59,899 nt of DNA from Chromera velia. Lineage: Eukaryota. This document shows positions 1 to 12,002 of the stretch, piece by piece (position 1 is the stretch's first letter; every line of letters begins with the position of its first letter). The DNA is taken from NCBI GenBank assembly GCA_018398765.1, contig JAHBMJ010000026.1:1-59899 (forward strand), given 5' to 3'. The notes under the pieces are model-generated. The model ran no database searches. It saw nothing but the letters and a program-made list of their open reading frames with translations, and had not been told where the DNA came from. Made by a program: the position numbers and the translations under genes.

Positions 1-28
1 TCAAATATCAAATATTTGAGGTTGAAGC

Positions 29-78
29 TCAAATCAAATCAAATCAAATCAAATCAAATCAAATATAATCAAATCAAA
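29..78 (+). repeat. (TCAAA)n pentanucleotide microsatellite
   Basis: Directly visible tcaaatcaaatc... run, ~600 bp beyond the 3' end of the minus-strand Penelope-like ORF. Confidence 0.9.
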
Positions 79-656
79 CATGGTCACTATTAAGCGGGGA
101 GCATTGTGATTTTTATTTTATATAGGAATGTTCTAGTATGATTAGTTCTCTTCCAACAGCCGAGACAGTCCTGCTATGCACGTACTATTTGCTAAGGGAC
201 CAATGGTGGACTCTACCGAAATCACCATCTCTAAGATTGGTCAATATGACGGCATGCTCTCACTTCTGTGTAAGTCAAATAATCGAACAAAAAGAATGCA
301 TACAAAAAATTCCACTTTTATGCAATCCGGGTGGGAACACCGAAAAAAGTGAATAATTAATGTATGCACCTTCTATATGCGTATCATTCGCGAGAAGTCA
401 CGGGTTTGATTGCATATACAATGGTGCTGACACACCAGAACCGTGCATGCAATATCAGACGGACTGACTCCAAGAATGCAACATCTGATCAATCGAGAAG
501 CACAGGACAAGGCATGAGAACCGACGCGCACGACCCCCCTTTCCTCTTTGCTGCTGTCTTTTGTCTATCGCTTCCAGCAGGTGAATAGTGTACTCAATTG
601 TATAAGCAGGAAAGAACATAAGAAGATCAGTTATCAAAGGAGGGAATGTAACAAAA

Positions 657-2336
657 TTAACCAAGAACAGTAAAAAGAAAGAAAGTCCTTTCATTCCATA
701 GTACGATCAATGAAGGACTCCTCAAATGAGCAATGACATCAGAAAAAACTTTCACGAGAAAACGAAAAGGCCAACAAAGAAGAAAACATTCAAGAAAAAA
801 AAAAGTCAGTTCATCAACAAGAACACCAGTAGGGGCATTACAGGAAAGCAAAGAACGCAATACATTCGAACTTATCTGTCTGATCATTTTTTACAACCGA
901 GGAATGCAAAAAAAACCATGGGTGAATCTAACTCTCTTCAGGGTAGGGAAGGAAGGGAATGGAAGAGCATTATCGAAATCATGGAGGCACGAAAAGGAAA
1001 AAGCACACAGGTTATGATACCATTCGACGAGAGCATCCCGATTAGGGTTTGCAGCTGCAAAAAGCAAAACAGAAGGTGTCTGTTGGAGAAAGAAAATCCA
1101 AAGCCCCAGCACCGTGGAGCCTCCCTGCCTTTCTAAGACACATTCAGGACTGTAAAGATCTTCGTGTAAAAGTAACGCAGGAGGACTCCCATCCCGAAGA
1201 CTCATTACATCAGAAGAAGCACAGCCAGGAAAACGAACAAAAAGAGAGCGGTCATCCATATATCGTGCACCAAACCATGACTTGTCTTCCCAAGATGAAA
1301 CAGAGAAAGAATCAGCAACCGAAAACTCTCGCCAGGCTGCAAAGAATCTCGCCCCCCCAGAAGAGCATGGGCTCCCCTGAGGGAAGCCTTCTTTCTGTCA
1401 AATCAGTCGTCCATGAATATGAATCAGATTAGTACGAAAATCAAGGTCAACGATCTCCGGTAGGACATCAATAGGGCATGAGATGGCATCTGCGAATCTA
1501 TTGTGAGAGGACAAGAAGGCAGCAGGCTTTACATATTGTCTGCATGACACCCATGCCTCTCCACATGCCCCCCAAGCCTCCTTCTTACAGAAAGGACGGA
1601 ACTTCGGCAGAACGATATATCTGTGTCGAGATTCTGCCTTCACCCTCGCGACGAACTTTCTAAGTGACAACAGAAAGGCATCGCGTGGGAGGGAAGGGAA
1701 AAAAGCCTTGATATCATCAACAACCATCTTAATGTGACCAACAGGCCAGTCAGGCTTTAGCGAAAGCTGTTCAGACCGATCAGCGGAACGTCCATACCCG
1801 GCGTTGAATACAGACACACATTCCTGAAAAGAAAAAGTCGAGTTCAAGTCACAGTGAGGGCCAAAGTAACGAAGCAGGCCATTTAAACATTTACATGCAA
1901 AGGAAAAGAGAGACTTACGTCCATGCAAGGCATACGAGACGAGCGGGCGGTATTTGATAAACGACCAGCTCGCGGACAACCGACCATCGTCCCCCCAAGA
2001 TTTCCTTTTTGCCCATAGAAGACCAGTCCCAAAACGATGCTTCCTTCTATTCAAGGAACCAAAACGTAAAAGAAAAGACTTCAGGGCAGCAGACTGGTCC
2101 GCGATGCCACTCGCCAGATCATTGACAGCGCAATCAAGGTCCGCCTGTCGCAAGACAGCATACGATCGGTTATCCATGAAAGCCGCTCTTACAGCTTGAC
2201 TGTACTTCCATGCACATAGAAAGGCTAGATCACCTTGAGCCTTATCCACTGGAACAACAGCCAACACATCCAACAACCTTTTCACCATCCCAGCCTTCTT
2301 CGGAAGGGGAGGCCCCCTCCTCAGAGCACGGAGCAC
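657..2336 (-). pseudogene. Reverse transcriptase domain (PLE type) interrupted by two in-frame stops
   Basis: Manual translation through the TGA at 1398-1400 gives *QKEGFPQGSPCSS...WFGARYMDDRSLF in the same frame as DDIKAFFPSLP. Confidence 0.85.
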
Positions 2337-3333
2337 ATAAAAGAGTAGTCACTCACCTCTCCCTTAGGTCTGCAGACACACCTCCATCACCCCCCCTCCC
2401 TTGACCATGCCGGGCAGAGCCGAGATATCCCCTCCCATAACCCCTTGGGGAGACAAAAAAAGAAACAAAAAAGTCAATCCCCTTCTCAACTGTTGCCCAC
2501 GATCCACTGTTTGGCCATAATTTACATGAAGACGAGAAATTCAAAGGGAGAGAGAAAAGTGAACGGAGAGACGGAGAAGAAGAAAGAAGTGCATATGCAT
2601 GTCCCTCCAGAAGGGGAAAATCGAGAAGTCGAGCGATTTGAATGCAAGGGCAATTATCATGCGAGTTACCATGTAATTCAGAAGGAGCATTAAAACAAAC
2701 CTTGTATGTATTGTCGAGCATCTGTTTCAAGTTCTTGAGTTTTGATGGCAGGAGTCTCAGATGAACTGAGCTCTGCGGAGCAACTTCCTTTCTGATCAAT
2801 TCGAACTGACGAAAGTAAAAAACCCTGAACTTCGGGCAGTCAGCAAGCGGAAGGCGAATAGAAATCGACTTCCCTTTCAGTATCTCCATCATTGACCATC
2901 CATTCAGTTCACACAGACGTTTAACGTTTATGTCGAATGTCTGTCTGCCTGTTGCAAGAATTCCCCTTCTTGGAACCCTCCTCACACATGCCTTGATATC
3001 ATCCTTGCTGGCATTGACAGATCTGATCGACCTATCAGGAAGCACCTTCTTGAAAAACATCACAAGAAGTCTGTCACGAAAAAGAGAAACACATGCATCC
3101 CCAAACTTATCCCCCCTTTTCCCACTCACCCTCTGCATAAATTCATCACGAGAGAGGAAAATACCTCCCCTCTCAAGTTCCCCCGACTCCTTCGTCATGC
3201 ACAGAGAGGAGCGAAGCTTGTGTCTCAGCTGAGTGTAACCTGAACCTCTCCTGCACGCACGGGCAGACAGACGGGAGCGTTCTGGTTTCAATTCAATCGA
3301 AGGGTCATTCCTTTCCTTCCTCGAGACACCCAC

Positions 3334-3633
3334 AGTATTCCATATCGGTTGATACGCTCTAATGCAAAGCAATTCCATCATACAAAGACTCATTTGTCCA
3401 CCATCCAACCGTGCCAGAGGCAATACAACGAAAAGAGCATGACAAGAAGCATCACTAGACAGCACTGAGTAAAAACGATGTGCATACCCCCGCCCAAATT
3501 TATTCGCTGCCCGACCCCCCCTCCGTGATCGTAAAGCCGCATAGAAGTGCTGCATGATGCGATCAAGCGCCATTCCCACCATACTCCCGAGGTATAGGCC
3601 TCTCTTCCATTGGGACCAAACCATGTAAATCAC
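3334..3633 (-). pseudogene. GIY-YIG endonuclease domain of the Penelope-like element
   Basis: IYMVW(x7)LYLGS, catalytic-type R in RIMQH, and E...P..N in MELLCIRAYQPIWN follow the GIY-YIG pattern. Confidence 0.8.
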
Positions 3634-4933
3634 TTTCCTGTCCCACTACCCAGCATACCCACCTGTTTCTCTACACATACTCCTCACTTCCCTCAAATAT
3701 TTACTGTACGCACTATTCCCCAACTCAAGCCAGACAGAAGCAGCGATAGAATGAAACAGGATCAATCTCCTCATGATCTTTTGTCGACATCCTTTCCTGA
3801 ACAAGGTCCGACTGTATGACCACGCCCTCCATCGATCATCAGGAGAAGCCGGCATCACCTTCAAAGTGTACGAAGGAGAATGGGAAGGCTTAGCAACCAA
3901 GATAACTGTCAATGCGTATTTGCATGTTTCCACTCTCTGTGTATAGACCGGATATGGTTCCCCCCCATGTACATCAAGTAGTGCAATAAGCATCCTGCAC
4001 CCAACGAGCTTGAGTGTAAGATAGTCTAACTCTGCCTTGATATATATTTTTTAATTTTTTTATATAAGCAAAAATAATTTGTTAAAGATTTATCAGTAAT
4101 GTGTTGGTGCGGTTACAATTTCATTTTCTTTTTCACGCTTATTTACGTTAGCACCATGTGTTAGCGAACTCCTTGTACATCATTAATTTTCTTATTAGCA
4201 AACGTATCTAATAGCAGAGCTCTTCTTATTTCTTCGATCTTCTCAATCGCCTTGAAGCCCGTCCAGCCGTCTCTGGCCCTCTGCGGCATTTACAGATACC
4301 GCGGCTACGCCTTTGCACGGCCAACAACCTGTTACATGTACCACGATTGAATGAACGCACCTCTCACCCTATCTCACCCCTGGGGGCCACGGCATGTCCC
4401 GTAGGGACATTACAATGCAATGATGCCGCCATGCAAACCGACCGCGGGCCGGGCCCGCTGAATTGGACCCATGCATGCATGGAGGCGGAGCATGGCGGAG
4501 CTGTCTCCAAAAAGTTCAGAATTCTTCTCCTTGTCAGAACCATTCTCTCAGTCAGCTGGATGATCAAAAACTTGGCAAAACAGGTAGGAACCAAATGCTT
4601 CCAAGCGTACAGGTCACATTTTAAGCTCTCAAATGGGCCCTCTGTAGTGACCAGTTGGCCCACGAGCACTTCTTTTTGTCGCCGCAATTTGTGTGACATC
4701 ACCAGAAAGGTACCCATTTTCGTCCTCTTTGGGTGTCTGTGTTCCTTTGCGGAGTCTGCAGCCTCCTCGCGAGTGCGAGTCTGCGTGGCTCATTCGAAAC
4801 ATAGACTGCTGAGGGGTATTTTTTCTGAGAAGGGCTCTTGATCTCTGAACGAAAAAATAGAAGAAGAGGAGAAAGTAGATCAAGATTTTGTCTCCCGTCT
4901 CAGAAAATCGAAAAGGACCACGAAACGCGAAAT

Positions 4934-6397
4934 ATGGTCACCTTCGAGTTTGCTGGGGGTTTCCCCGAGCGTCTTTCCTCCGCCTTTCCTGTCCTGAGCT
5001 TCAGTCTCAGTGGGGTTGTCACTGACGGGTCCTCTTTGGGGGGGAACAGGTTTGAACTTCGCCTGTCTCCTTCGAAACGTCCTTCCACTTCATCCAGCAG
5101 CAGCAACAACCAAAAGGCCCAGATGGCTGCCATTCTTTCCCAACAGCTTGCCATGCACTCAGAGAGAGACTACCACGAGCTCCGTGTAGACTTCTCTTTC
5201 AAAGCAGGCACCGTCACCCAAGGAAATGGAGCTTTCCATGAGCACAAAGCATATCTACACCTTTTCCTGCTCCCTTCCAACGGCGCCTCCTCCTCCTCCT
5301 CCTCTTCGTCCTCCTCCGCCCAGAGATCTAGACAGAGCTCCACCCCCAAACTGCTCTGGACTAGCACCCCCTTCACCATCACCACAACCCCCCTAACCGA
5401 TCTGCTGCCCCCCGGCCAATTCTCCCCTGACCACCCCAACCGAGACTTGTTCCTTGTGTTCAAGCCCTCCGCCCTCCCCAGTCAAACCGAACCCGCCGAC
5501 ATTGCCAAACTGAAAGACCTCTGGGCCCAGGAGGTCCGCAGTGTGAGGCAACGCCACCTGAGTGGCCAGGTGGTCGATCTTCTCCGTCTCCACCGGGCCC
5601 GAGTGCTGTACAAAGAAGCAGAGCAGCTGTGGAAGCAGCGCATGCCTCCCCTTTCGAGATCCCAGTCTGTCTCTCTAGTGCAGTCCATGTCCCTGACAGG
5701 TGGGGGGCGTGGGAGGAGAGGAAGAGGGCGGGGGGGGAAGGCTTCAAAGAAGTCCTCCGCTGCTTCCTCCCTCTCCGCCTCTGCCTCCTCCTCTGGTGTA
5801 GAGGAGGTGGAGTTCAACGGTTTCATTGAGGTGGAGCCCGAGTTCGACGACGGGGATGACGAGGAGGAGGAGGAGATCCTTCCTCAGGGGAACAGGGTGG
5901 GCAGGGGAGGGAAGCGTGGGAGGGGGGGTGGGGTGTCTCGATCCCGTTCCCAGAGAAAAGTCGGAGGAGAGGACCAGAAGCCGAGGAAGCAGGCCCGGAT
6001 GACCACTGCAAAGGGGTTGGCTGCACTTGAAGCAGCTGCAGCAGCCAAACGTAAGAAACAGCAGCAGGAGGAGGAAGAGGAGGATGAGGATGAAGACACA
6101 GAGGAGTGCCCCTGTGGGGGCGCGTGCCCCTCGTGTAACGGCGAGAGAGTGAAGAGACTGAAGCCGAACGACGAGCTCCTGTCTCAGCTGTTGTGCATCA
6201 CCTGCTGGGACAAGACTCGCTGCGTTCTGTACGAGCCCTGCATGCACATGGTCAACTGCACCGAGTGCCATGACGATCTCGCCCAGCGGGCGATGAAGGA
6301 GACCGAGGGGCCCAGTGCCTCCGTGACCTCCGGTGTTCCCGTTTGCCCTACTTGTAGGGCAGTCATCAAGGGGACGAAAAAGATCTTCCTGACTTGA
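4934..6397 (+). CDS. RING-HC (IAP/zf-C3HC4_3-like) domain protein, putative E3 ubiquitin ligase, 487 aa, apparently intronless
   Basis: First ATG at 4934 is in frame with ORF 4838-6397. The C-terminus CITC...PCMH..C..C...CPTCRAVIKGTKKIFLT is a typical terminal RING. Ser-rich, RGG-rich, basic and acidic tracts lie upstream. Confidence 0.85.
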   Translation: MVTFEFAGGFPERLSSAFPVLSFSLSGVVTDGSSLGGNRFELRLSPSKRPSTSSSSSNNQKAQMAAILSQQLAMHSERDYHELRVDFSFKAGTVTQGNGAFHEHKAYLHLFLLPSNGASSSSSSSSSSAQRSRQSSTPKLLWTSTPFTITTTPLTDLLPPGQFSPDHPNRDLFLVFKPSALPSQTEPADIAKLKDLWAQEVRSVRQRHLSGQVVDLLRLHRARVLYKEAEQLWKQRMPPLSRSQSVSLVQSMSLTGGGRGRRGRGRGGKASKKSSAASSLSASASSSGVEEVEFNGFIEVEPEFDDGDDEEEEEILPQGNRVGRGGKRGRGGGVSRSRSQRKVGGEDQKPRKQARMTTAKGLAALEAAAAAKRKKQQQEEEEEDEDEDTEECPCGGACPSCNGERVKRLKPNDELLSQLLCITCWDKTRCVLYEPCMHMVNCTECHDDLAQRAMKETEGPSASVTSGVPVCPTCRAVIKGTKKIFLT

Positions 6398-6753
6398 GCT
6401 CGGGGGTTGGAGTAAAGAAAGTGGGAAAAGGGGCTGCATGGGTTCATTGGGGGGTGATGACAGAGCCGGGTAAGGGGAAGGGAAAAGAGGGTGTGGAGGA
6501 AAAGAGACAGAAGAGGGGAGGGATGTGAAGCGATGGGTTCTCACTCACTCAGCTGAGCTGTTTGCCTTTCTTTTCTTCTCCTCTATTCTTTGGTTTTTTG
6601 CTTTGGGTGACCCGACTGGACCTGCTGTTTAGCTCGGTCCGTTGAAGGGGGGCTTGCGGTTTTTTCCTTCTTTTCTGCACAGCTTGCTGGCATGGTGTCC
6701 ACTGTACTTCTATTCATGGAAGCAGCCGAATTTTGAGGGGGGGGGGGGGGGGG

Positions 6754-6978
6754 NNNNNNNNNNNNNNNNNNNNNNNNNNNNNNNNNNNNNNNNNNNNNNN
6801 NNNNNNNNNNNNNNNNNNNNNNNNNNNNNNNNNNNNNNNNNNNNNNNNNNNNNNNNNNNNNNNNNNNNNNNNNNNNNNNNNNNNNNNNNNNNNNNNNNNN
6901 NNNNNNNNNNNNNNNNNNNNNNNNNNNNNNNNNNNNNNNNNNNNNNNNNNNNNNNNNNNNNNNNNNNNNNNNNNNNNN
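6754..6978. other. Assembly gap (N run) flanked by poly-G
   Basis: N run visible. Confidence 0.99.
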
Positions 6979-8390
6979 AGGGGGGAATTGTTGTCTTATT
7001 CGTGTTTTGGTTTGTTTTTTCGTTGCTTCGTTCGCCCGCCCATCTATTCACTCGTTCGTGCGCATGTTTTCCCACTCACGCATTCTTCTGTTCATTCATC
7101 CTTCCGCCCATTCATTCATTTATTCGTTCGTTCGTTCTTTCTTGAATGTTTGAATTGGACGGGGGGTGTCTCAATCGGGGGGTCTATTTATATGCATCTC
7201 CTTTTTTTCCTCCTTCCGTTGTTTTCTTCACTTCACCCGCAAGACAGACAGCGTCGGCCGGTCATCGAAGGGGATCATGGGACATGGCAAAATTGTCATG
7301 ATGCGAGTCCCGGAGGTCACTCTCTGTTCTTTGTACTCTGCTTCCCCGTGCATATTTTCTCTTTCTTTCTCTTCTAGAGAAAAGGTAGCGGGTGTGTTTG
7401 CATAGATGTATGTGTGTTTTTTGCAACGATGTCGATGCGAGCCTTTGTTCGTCTCTCTCTCTCTTTCTTCCTCTCTCTGAGAATGGAAGTGGAGGGAGAC
7501 GGAGGGTCGATCTGCGACCCCCGTGGAAGCCCTGATCTATCTATCGTACTCAGACAATTGGCGTGCGTCGATCTTTCCGCTCCCTCTCCCCTGGGGTGAG
7601 GGTCCATGTGAGGCACTCAAAGAGAAGAGAAGAAGGACATGCACTAAATAAGCTCAAACGGAAGATTTCTCTCTCTGCTTCCATGAAAAAGATCAAGCGA
7701 CAAGTGAAAACTTGGCGACCGGTGGTGAAAGAAATTTCATGCGGTATCGCAGTAGGTTGAAGGTCGTACAAGAGCTTTGCACCAAAAGAGAACAAGAGCA
7801 GAGAGCTCAACCCGCCTGTCTCGTCCCTTGCCCAAGTGATGGAGGCAGTCAGCGCTTTGCCGTCTACCTCTGCATTTTGCTATTCTCAGGTCACTCGATT
7901 TGGATTTTGAGCGAAATCGGAGGTGTTGAGCAATCTCAGGCCTTTATGGTGTGCGGCTGCCTCAACTTTCAAGCTCAAGGCATGACGATCTATGCAAGCC
8001 ATTGCTGTCATTGCAGGATCAATGCATGCATACAATTGAGTCATTCAAAGTACAAACCCACACAGTGGACGGCACTTGCCTCTTAATGTTTATTCGATCT
8101 TAGATTCAATCCTAAGTAACGCCTAGGACGACGTACACTGAACAATAAGCATGATTTTTTTTTTTCTCATCTGAAGCCTTGTAGCATAAAAAGTACGTCA
8201 TCATATGCCATCCTAAACTTTAGGCTTATTTGACACTAGATTTGACATTGGTAGACATTGGAACATCACAGTGATCACACATAGAAAAAAAACTAATAAA
8301 ATGAAAAATAAAAAAACTAGCAAAAAAGAATAGACTTTTTGCTACCCTAATAAATTATGAGTAAAAATTAGTCAATCTGAAAAAAAATAA

Positions 8391-10303
8391 ATGCCATTAG
8401 ACGGGAAATACAAAAGACAAGGAAGAAGTACAATCTAAATTGTACCAGGTGCAAGCACCAGGTGTACGTCTCATGTGTTTCTCTTCTCTTCTCTTTCTGT
8501 CTGGATGTGTGCAGCTGGTTGATGGCCAACGCTCAGAGGGAGGACAGAAAAGCGCGTGAGGGCACAGACCCCCTATAGCCTTGCCCCCCTCTCATTTCTT
8601 CCTTGAGGACGGACTGCGAGGCGGGGAGGGGGGGAAGGGCGACCTCTGGCTGGCATAACTCCTTGAGGACATCTTCATTGACGCCTCTATCTCCATCAGC
8701 GTCGGATCGCCCTTCGCGTCTCTTCGGACAGCCTCTCGAGAGGTGAGCAGATGGTAGTTGTTGTAATAGAGATGTTAAAGATGTCTTGATTTCAGAATGA
8801 AGTAGTTGATATGGGCTTCACTTCACGACTTCAATAAGCAGATGCAGAAACAAAAAGACTTATTGTGCCAGCCCAGCTAACATTCCAGTTTGTCTGATGA
8901 CGGGTGAATCAAAGTCTGACACATTTCATTTCTGGTAGACTATCTGTATGACATAAATGTGCGAACAAGTACTTGGATTGTCACTTACACTCGGTGAATG
9001 TGTTGCAGAACCAGCGATTCGACGCTGTGCTCGTGGCCTCCCCCCTTATTAATTGGAGGCGCGGCAGTTGGAAGGGAGAGTGACGGGAGTGAGTTGTCCT
9101 CTATTGGGGGTCTGCTCCCTCTGTTTGCTTACTTGGAGCCTTTGTTGAAGGAGAAGGCTCCCCACGCATACGTGTAAACGAGAGAGAGCGAAGAGGTTTT
9201 CCTCAGGGAGACTAGACACCACCCCCTGGCGCCCTGTCCTCTTGGCCCGGGTCCCTTGGGAGGGAGATTTCTGAAAGTTCAACACAAGAAGAAAGACGAA
9301 AGAACAGAGACCGCCGACAGACCGACGAAAAAGTCAGAGGCTCTGGTTGTTTTTCGAAGTTCTCGTTTGGGCAGACAGAGTTCACAGTAATAGGAAAAGG
9401 AAAGAGAAACATCTCCGTCCGCTTCCCTTCCCATTTTTTCCAACGCTCTTGTAGTGAAGGCAATGAAGCGTTTCCACTCCGCAAATGAAGTAGAGGAGTT
9501 TATGGAAAAGGCACGAAAGGCAAAGAAGAAAGGCGTCATCAGATTTTCCGACGGAGCACCCAGGGGAAGACAGGCAGCAGAGCGTAGAGCAACTGTAGAG
9601 GCGGCACGTGTGTCTGCAATTTTGAAATCTTCGCATTCTCGCTGCTGCCACATCTTCTGGCCCCCTGCCTTCTTCATGGAAGTTCAAGATAGTCACTCAG
9701 GCCGTCATGCCCCGAACTGTGGCAGAGGGTCTCTACGCAGTCGATCCAAATCTCCTCGCGCTGCCTTTGAACAAAATGTACGAGGCAAATATAGACGGTC
9801 TCAAATACAGAAATCGTCCTATTCATAAAGACACAGCACCGAGGCTCAGACTAGATCAATCAGGACCCTTTCCCCCCCCCACCGAGGGACCTCCTCTCTT
9901 ATGTGTTCCCCGAAAAGCTCAAACTCCTCCACACCATCGTCTGAAAACGAACCGTCCTCTTCTAATGCTCACTGACAAAGAGTCATCTCCAACAGAGCAA
10001 AACGAAGTTGGAAGTTCCACATTCCTGACCGGGTTGAAGGATGAAACGCAAGCTATTTCCACGTCTCCCCCTCCCCCTTCCCAGCCAAAGCAAAAGCCTG
10101 TCAGCAGTCTGATCCTGCCGACAGCTCCACTTTCAGATCATCCTCTGCGTCATTTTTTCTTCTCCACAGAGCCTGCATCCACCATTCGACTGCGACTCAC
10201 TAAGAATGCACAGCCTTGTCTGTCCTCTTCAGAAAGTCCAGACAAGATCGCGTCCAAACCCTCCAGTCCCCCATCTGTCCCTCCCAACACTTCCAGACGC
10301 CCC
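8391..10303 (+). pseudogene. Inverted partial duplicate of 47715-49624 (intron, exon, intron, part of exon), pseudogenised
   Basis: Colinear high similarity to the reverse complement of 47715-49624, including introns. New stops (gtgtaaacg ~9175; cagtaatag ~9386-9394) and frameshifts split the exon into ORFs 9454-9828 and 9707-10387. Confidence 0.92.
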
Positions 10304-10811
10304 AAAAAGCAAATGGTTTCTATGATTTCAGTCTTTATTTATGAAAAACTATACATCTACACAATGTTGGAACTCTTACTACTTTAAAAAATAAGATTCA
10401 CAATCGATAAATAGAATAAGTACTAGAATAAATATAAAATCGGTTGTAACAGATTTTTTAACGGTCGTTTATTTTTGAGTTGCTTAAAAAAATGTGTACC
10501 TTATATGTATACACTCAGAGCGGCACTCTTAGGTTACTCTTAGTTTGAACTTCTAATTGTTTGATTAATTTGTTTCTAGTTCATGAGAATTCGATCTCCG
10601 AAGTTTAATTGACTATGTAAACCTCTAGGTAAAATTAGGCCCAAAGTTAGTAATTTAGTCTAGGTATAGACTTTAGTTAGTTAGTTAGTTTAGTTTATGA
10701 CTCTATAGATAACTAACTAACTAACTAAACTAATTAAACAGTTTTAATCTAGTTGGACCCTAGGATTTGACCAGCGTTTGCACTCCCCTTTTTCCCTAGC
10801 ATCATGATACT

Positions 10812-11627
10812 CAGGGTTGCCGATTTTTTTGGTGGTAAAGCGAGCTGATTACCGGTCAACCGGTAATTACCGATAGAGTGGCCAGCCACTCGTAAAAAGT
10901 TTGGTCAAGGCTGTAAAAATAAAGTATACTTCAAAACTATAGTTTAAAAAATCTATTTACGATAATAAGCATTTTTTAAAGCATTTTGAGTTATTTGTTC
11001 GTTCATTTATATGGTCTAACTAGCTTTAACAGTCATTTACATATTATAAATTATCTATGGTTTAAGTGAGACACTAAAGGGCAGCCATGCTGTTTTAAAT
11101 AATAGACAATCGGCATAACTTGCCTCCACCAACACTCTTGTGGGCCGCCACACTATATGTATAGGCACTTTGCAAGTATGATACAACAAATCTGACAATC
11201 TTGAAGGTGAGCACATCCTCTCAAAAGAGGACTTTTAACTTTTTTATTAAGAGGTTTTCACTTCTTAAGACTAGGCCACCTGCTAGCTGCCTCTTTACCT
11301 CCGTAATGACTACCGTTTCCGGTTTATAGACCTCCGAACCAGGCAGACAAGCACAGACAAACAATATATTTTTAAAAGAATCTTAATTCGATTCCTAAAA
11401 TTTAGGCTAAAAAAGCTAAAAACATTGAAAAAAGTCTTTAAAACTAAAGAATAGGAGTTGCGCCGCAGGTGAAATTTTTTTTTTTGAAACTTCATTTTCT
11501 CCTCATTTTTTTCTGGTAAATCAATCAATCAATCAATCAATCAAAACTTAGGTAAACGGAGTCCATTACTGGTAATCCGGTAATTACCGGTAGAGAGGGG
11601 TCGTTACTGGATAAAAAAGCAACCCTG
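10812..11627. mobile_element. hAT-like MITE, TIR CAGGGTTGC, 8-bp TSD ATGAYACT
   Basis: CAGGGTTGC at 10812 and GCAACCCTG ending at 11627. Flanks ATGATACT (10804-10811) and ATGACACT (11628-11635). Palindromic CCGGTAATTACCG near both ends. Confidence 0.8.
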
Positions 11628-11768
11628 ATGACACTGGATGTCATTGCTAGTGTCATTGATTATTGATAATAATGAGAGCAGAGATAAAAGCCGACTAGAT
11701 AAAGCCTAGGAACTTTGAGCCGAGCTTGTCGATCTGCTTGCTAATCAAAAAGCACGCGGGGATCACAT

Positions 11769-12002
11769 AACCTCCCTGAACCTAAGTGTCACTTGAAAAA
11801 ATATGATCAAGATGATCTCTATCTGCGGTATCATTTTTCAAGAGACTGTCCACGCCTGCAGCGTAGACGGTCAAGACAGCGTCTAGATATGCGGCTTTAG
11901 CTTTCAAGGCACCGTAAATGATCAGCAGCTGCAGCGCAGACTTTCAACCTTATCCAAAAATGCGGCTTAAACTTTTAAGTGGTACTTAGGTTCAGGGAGG
12001 TC
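11769..12002. mobile_element. 234-bp MITE with perfect 17-bp inverted core CCTCCCTGAACCTAAGT and 8-bp TSD GATCACAT
   Basis: 11771-11787 is the exact reverse complement of 11984-12000. GATCACAT at 11761-11768 and 12003-12010. Confidence 0.85.

Larger units (their letters stand above)
657..3993 (-). mobile_element. Decayed Penelope-like retroelement with N-terminal GIY-YIG endonuclease and C-terminal reverse transcriptase (Naiad/Chlamys-like order)
   Basis: ORFs 3646-3993 and 2353-3633 share a frame across one TAG. After a frameshift near 2350, ORFs 1398-2336, 891-1259 and 657-887 share a frame across TGA 1398-1400 and TAA 891-893. Motifs in order: VIYMVW...LYLGS...RIMQH...MELLCIRAYQPIWN (GIY-YIG), CPC...GH linker, VVPVDKAQG (PLE DKG-like), DDIKAFFPSLP (RT A), QKEGFPQGSPCS (RT B), RYMDD (RT C), VLGL (RT E), SNVLRSLLSCN...DEL...WP (thumb-like). 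Confidence 0.85.

Noticed and set aside
3790..3845. CTGATGA...GAAA on the minus strand as a hammerhead ribozyme of the PLE
   Set aside because: No convincing stems I-III could be paired, and it lies within the coding frame.
6642..8086. Short ORFs around and after the first gap
   Set aside because: Gap-spanning or without motifs; no consistent exon chain found.
10670..10735. (TTAG)n/(CTAA)n as interstitial telomere repeats
   Set aside because: Lacks the G-run of telomeric repeats and is better explained as subterminal motifs of the TIR element.
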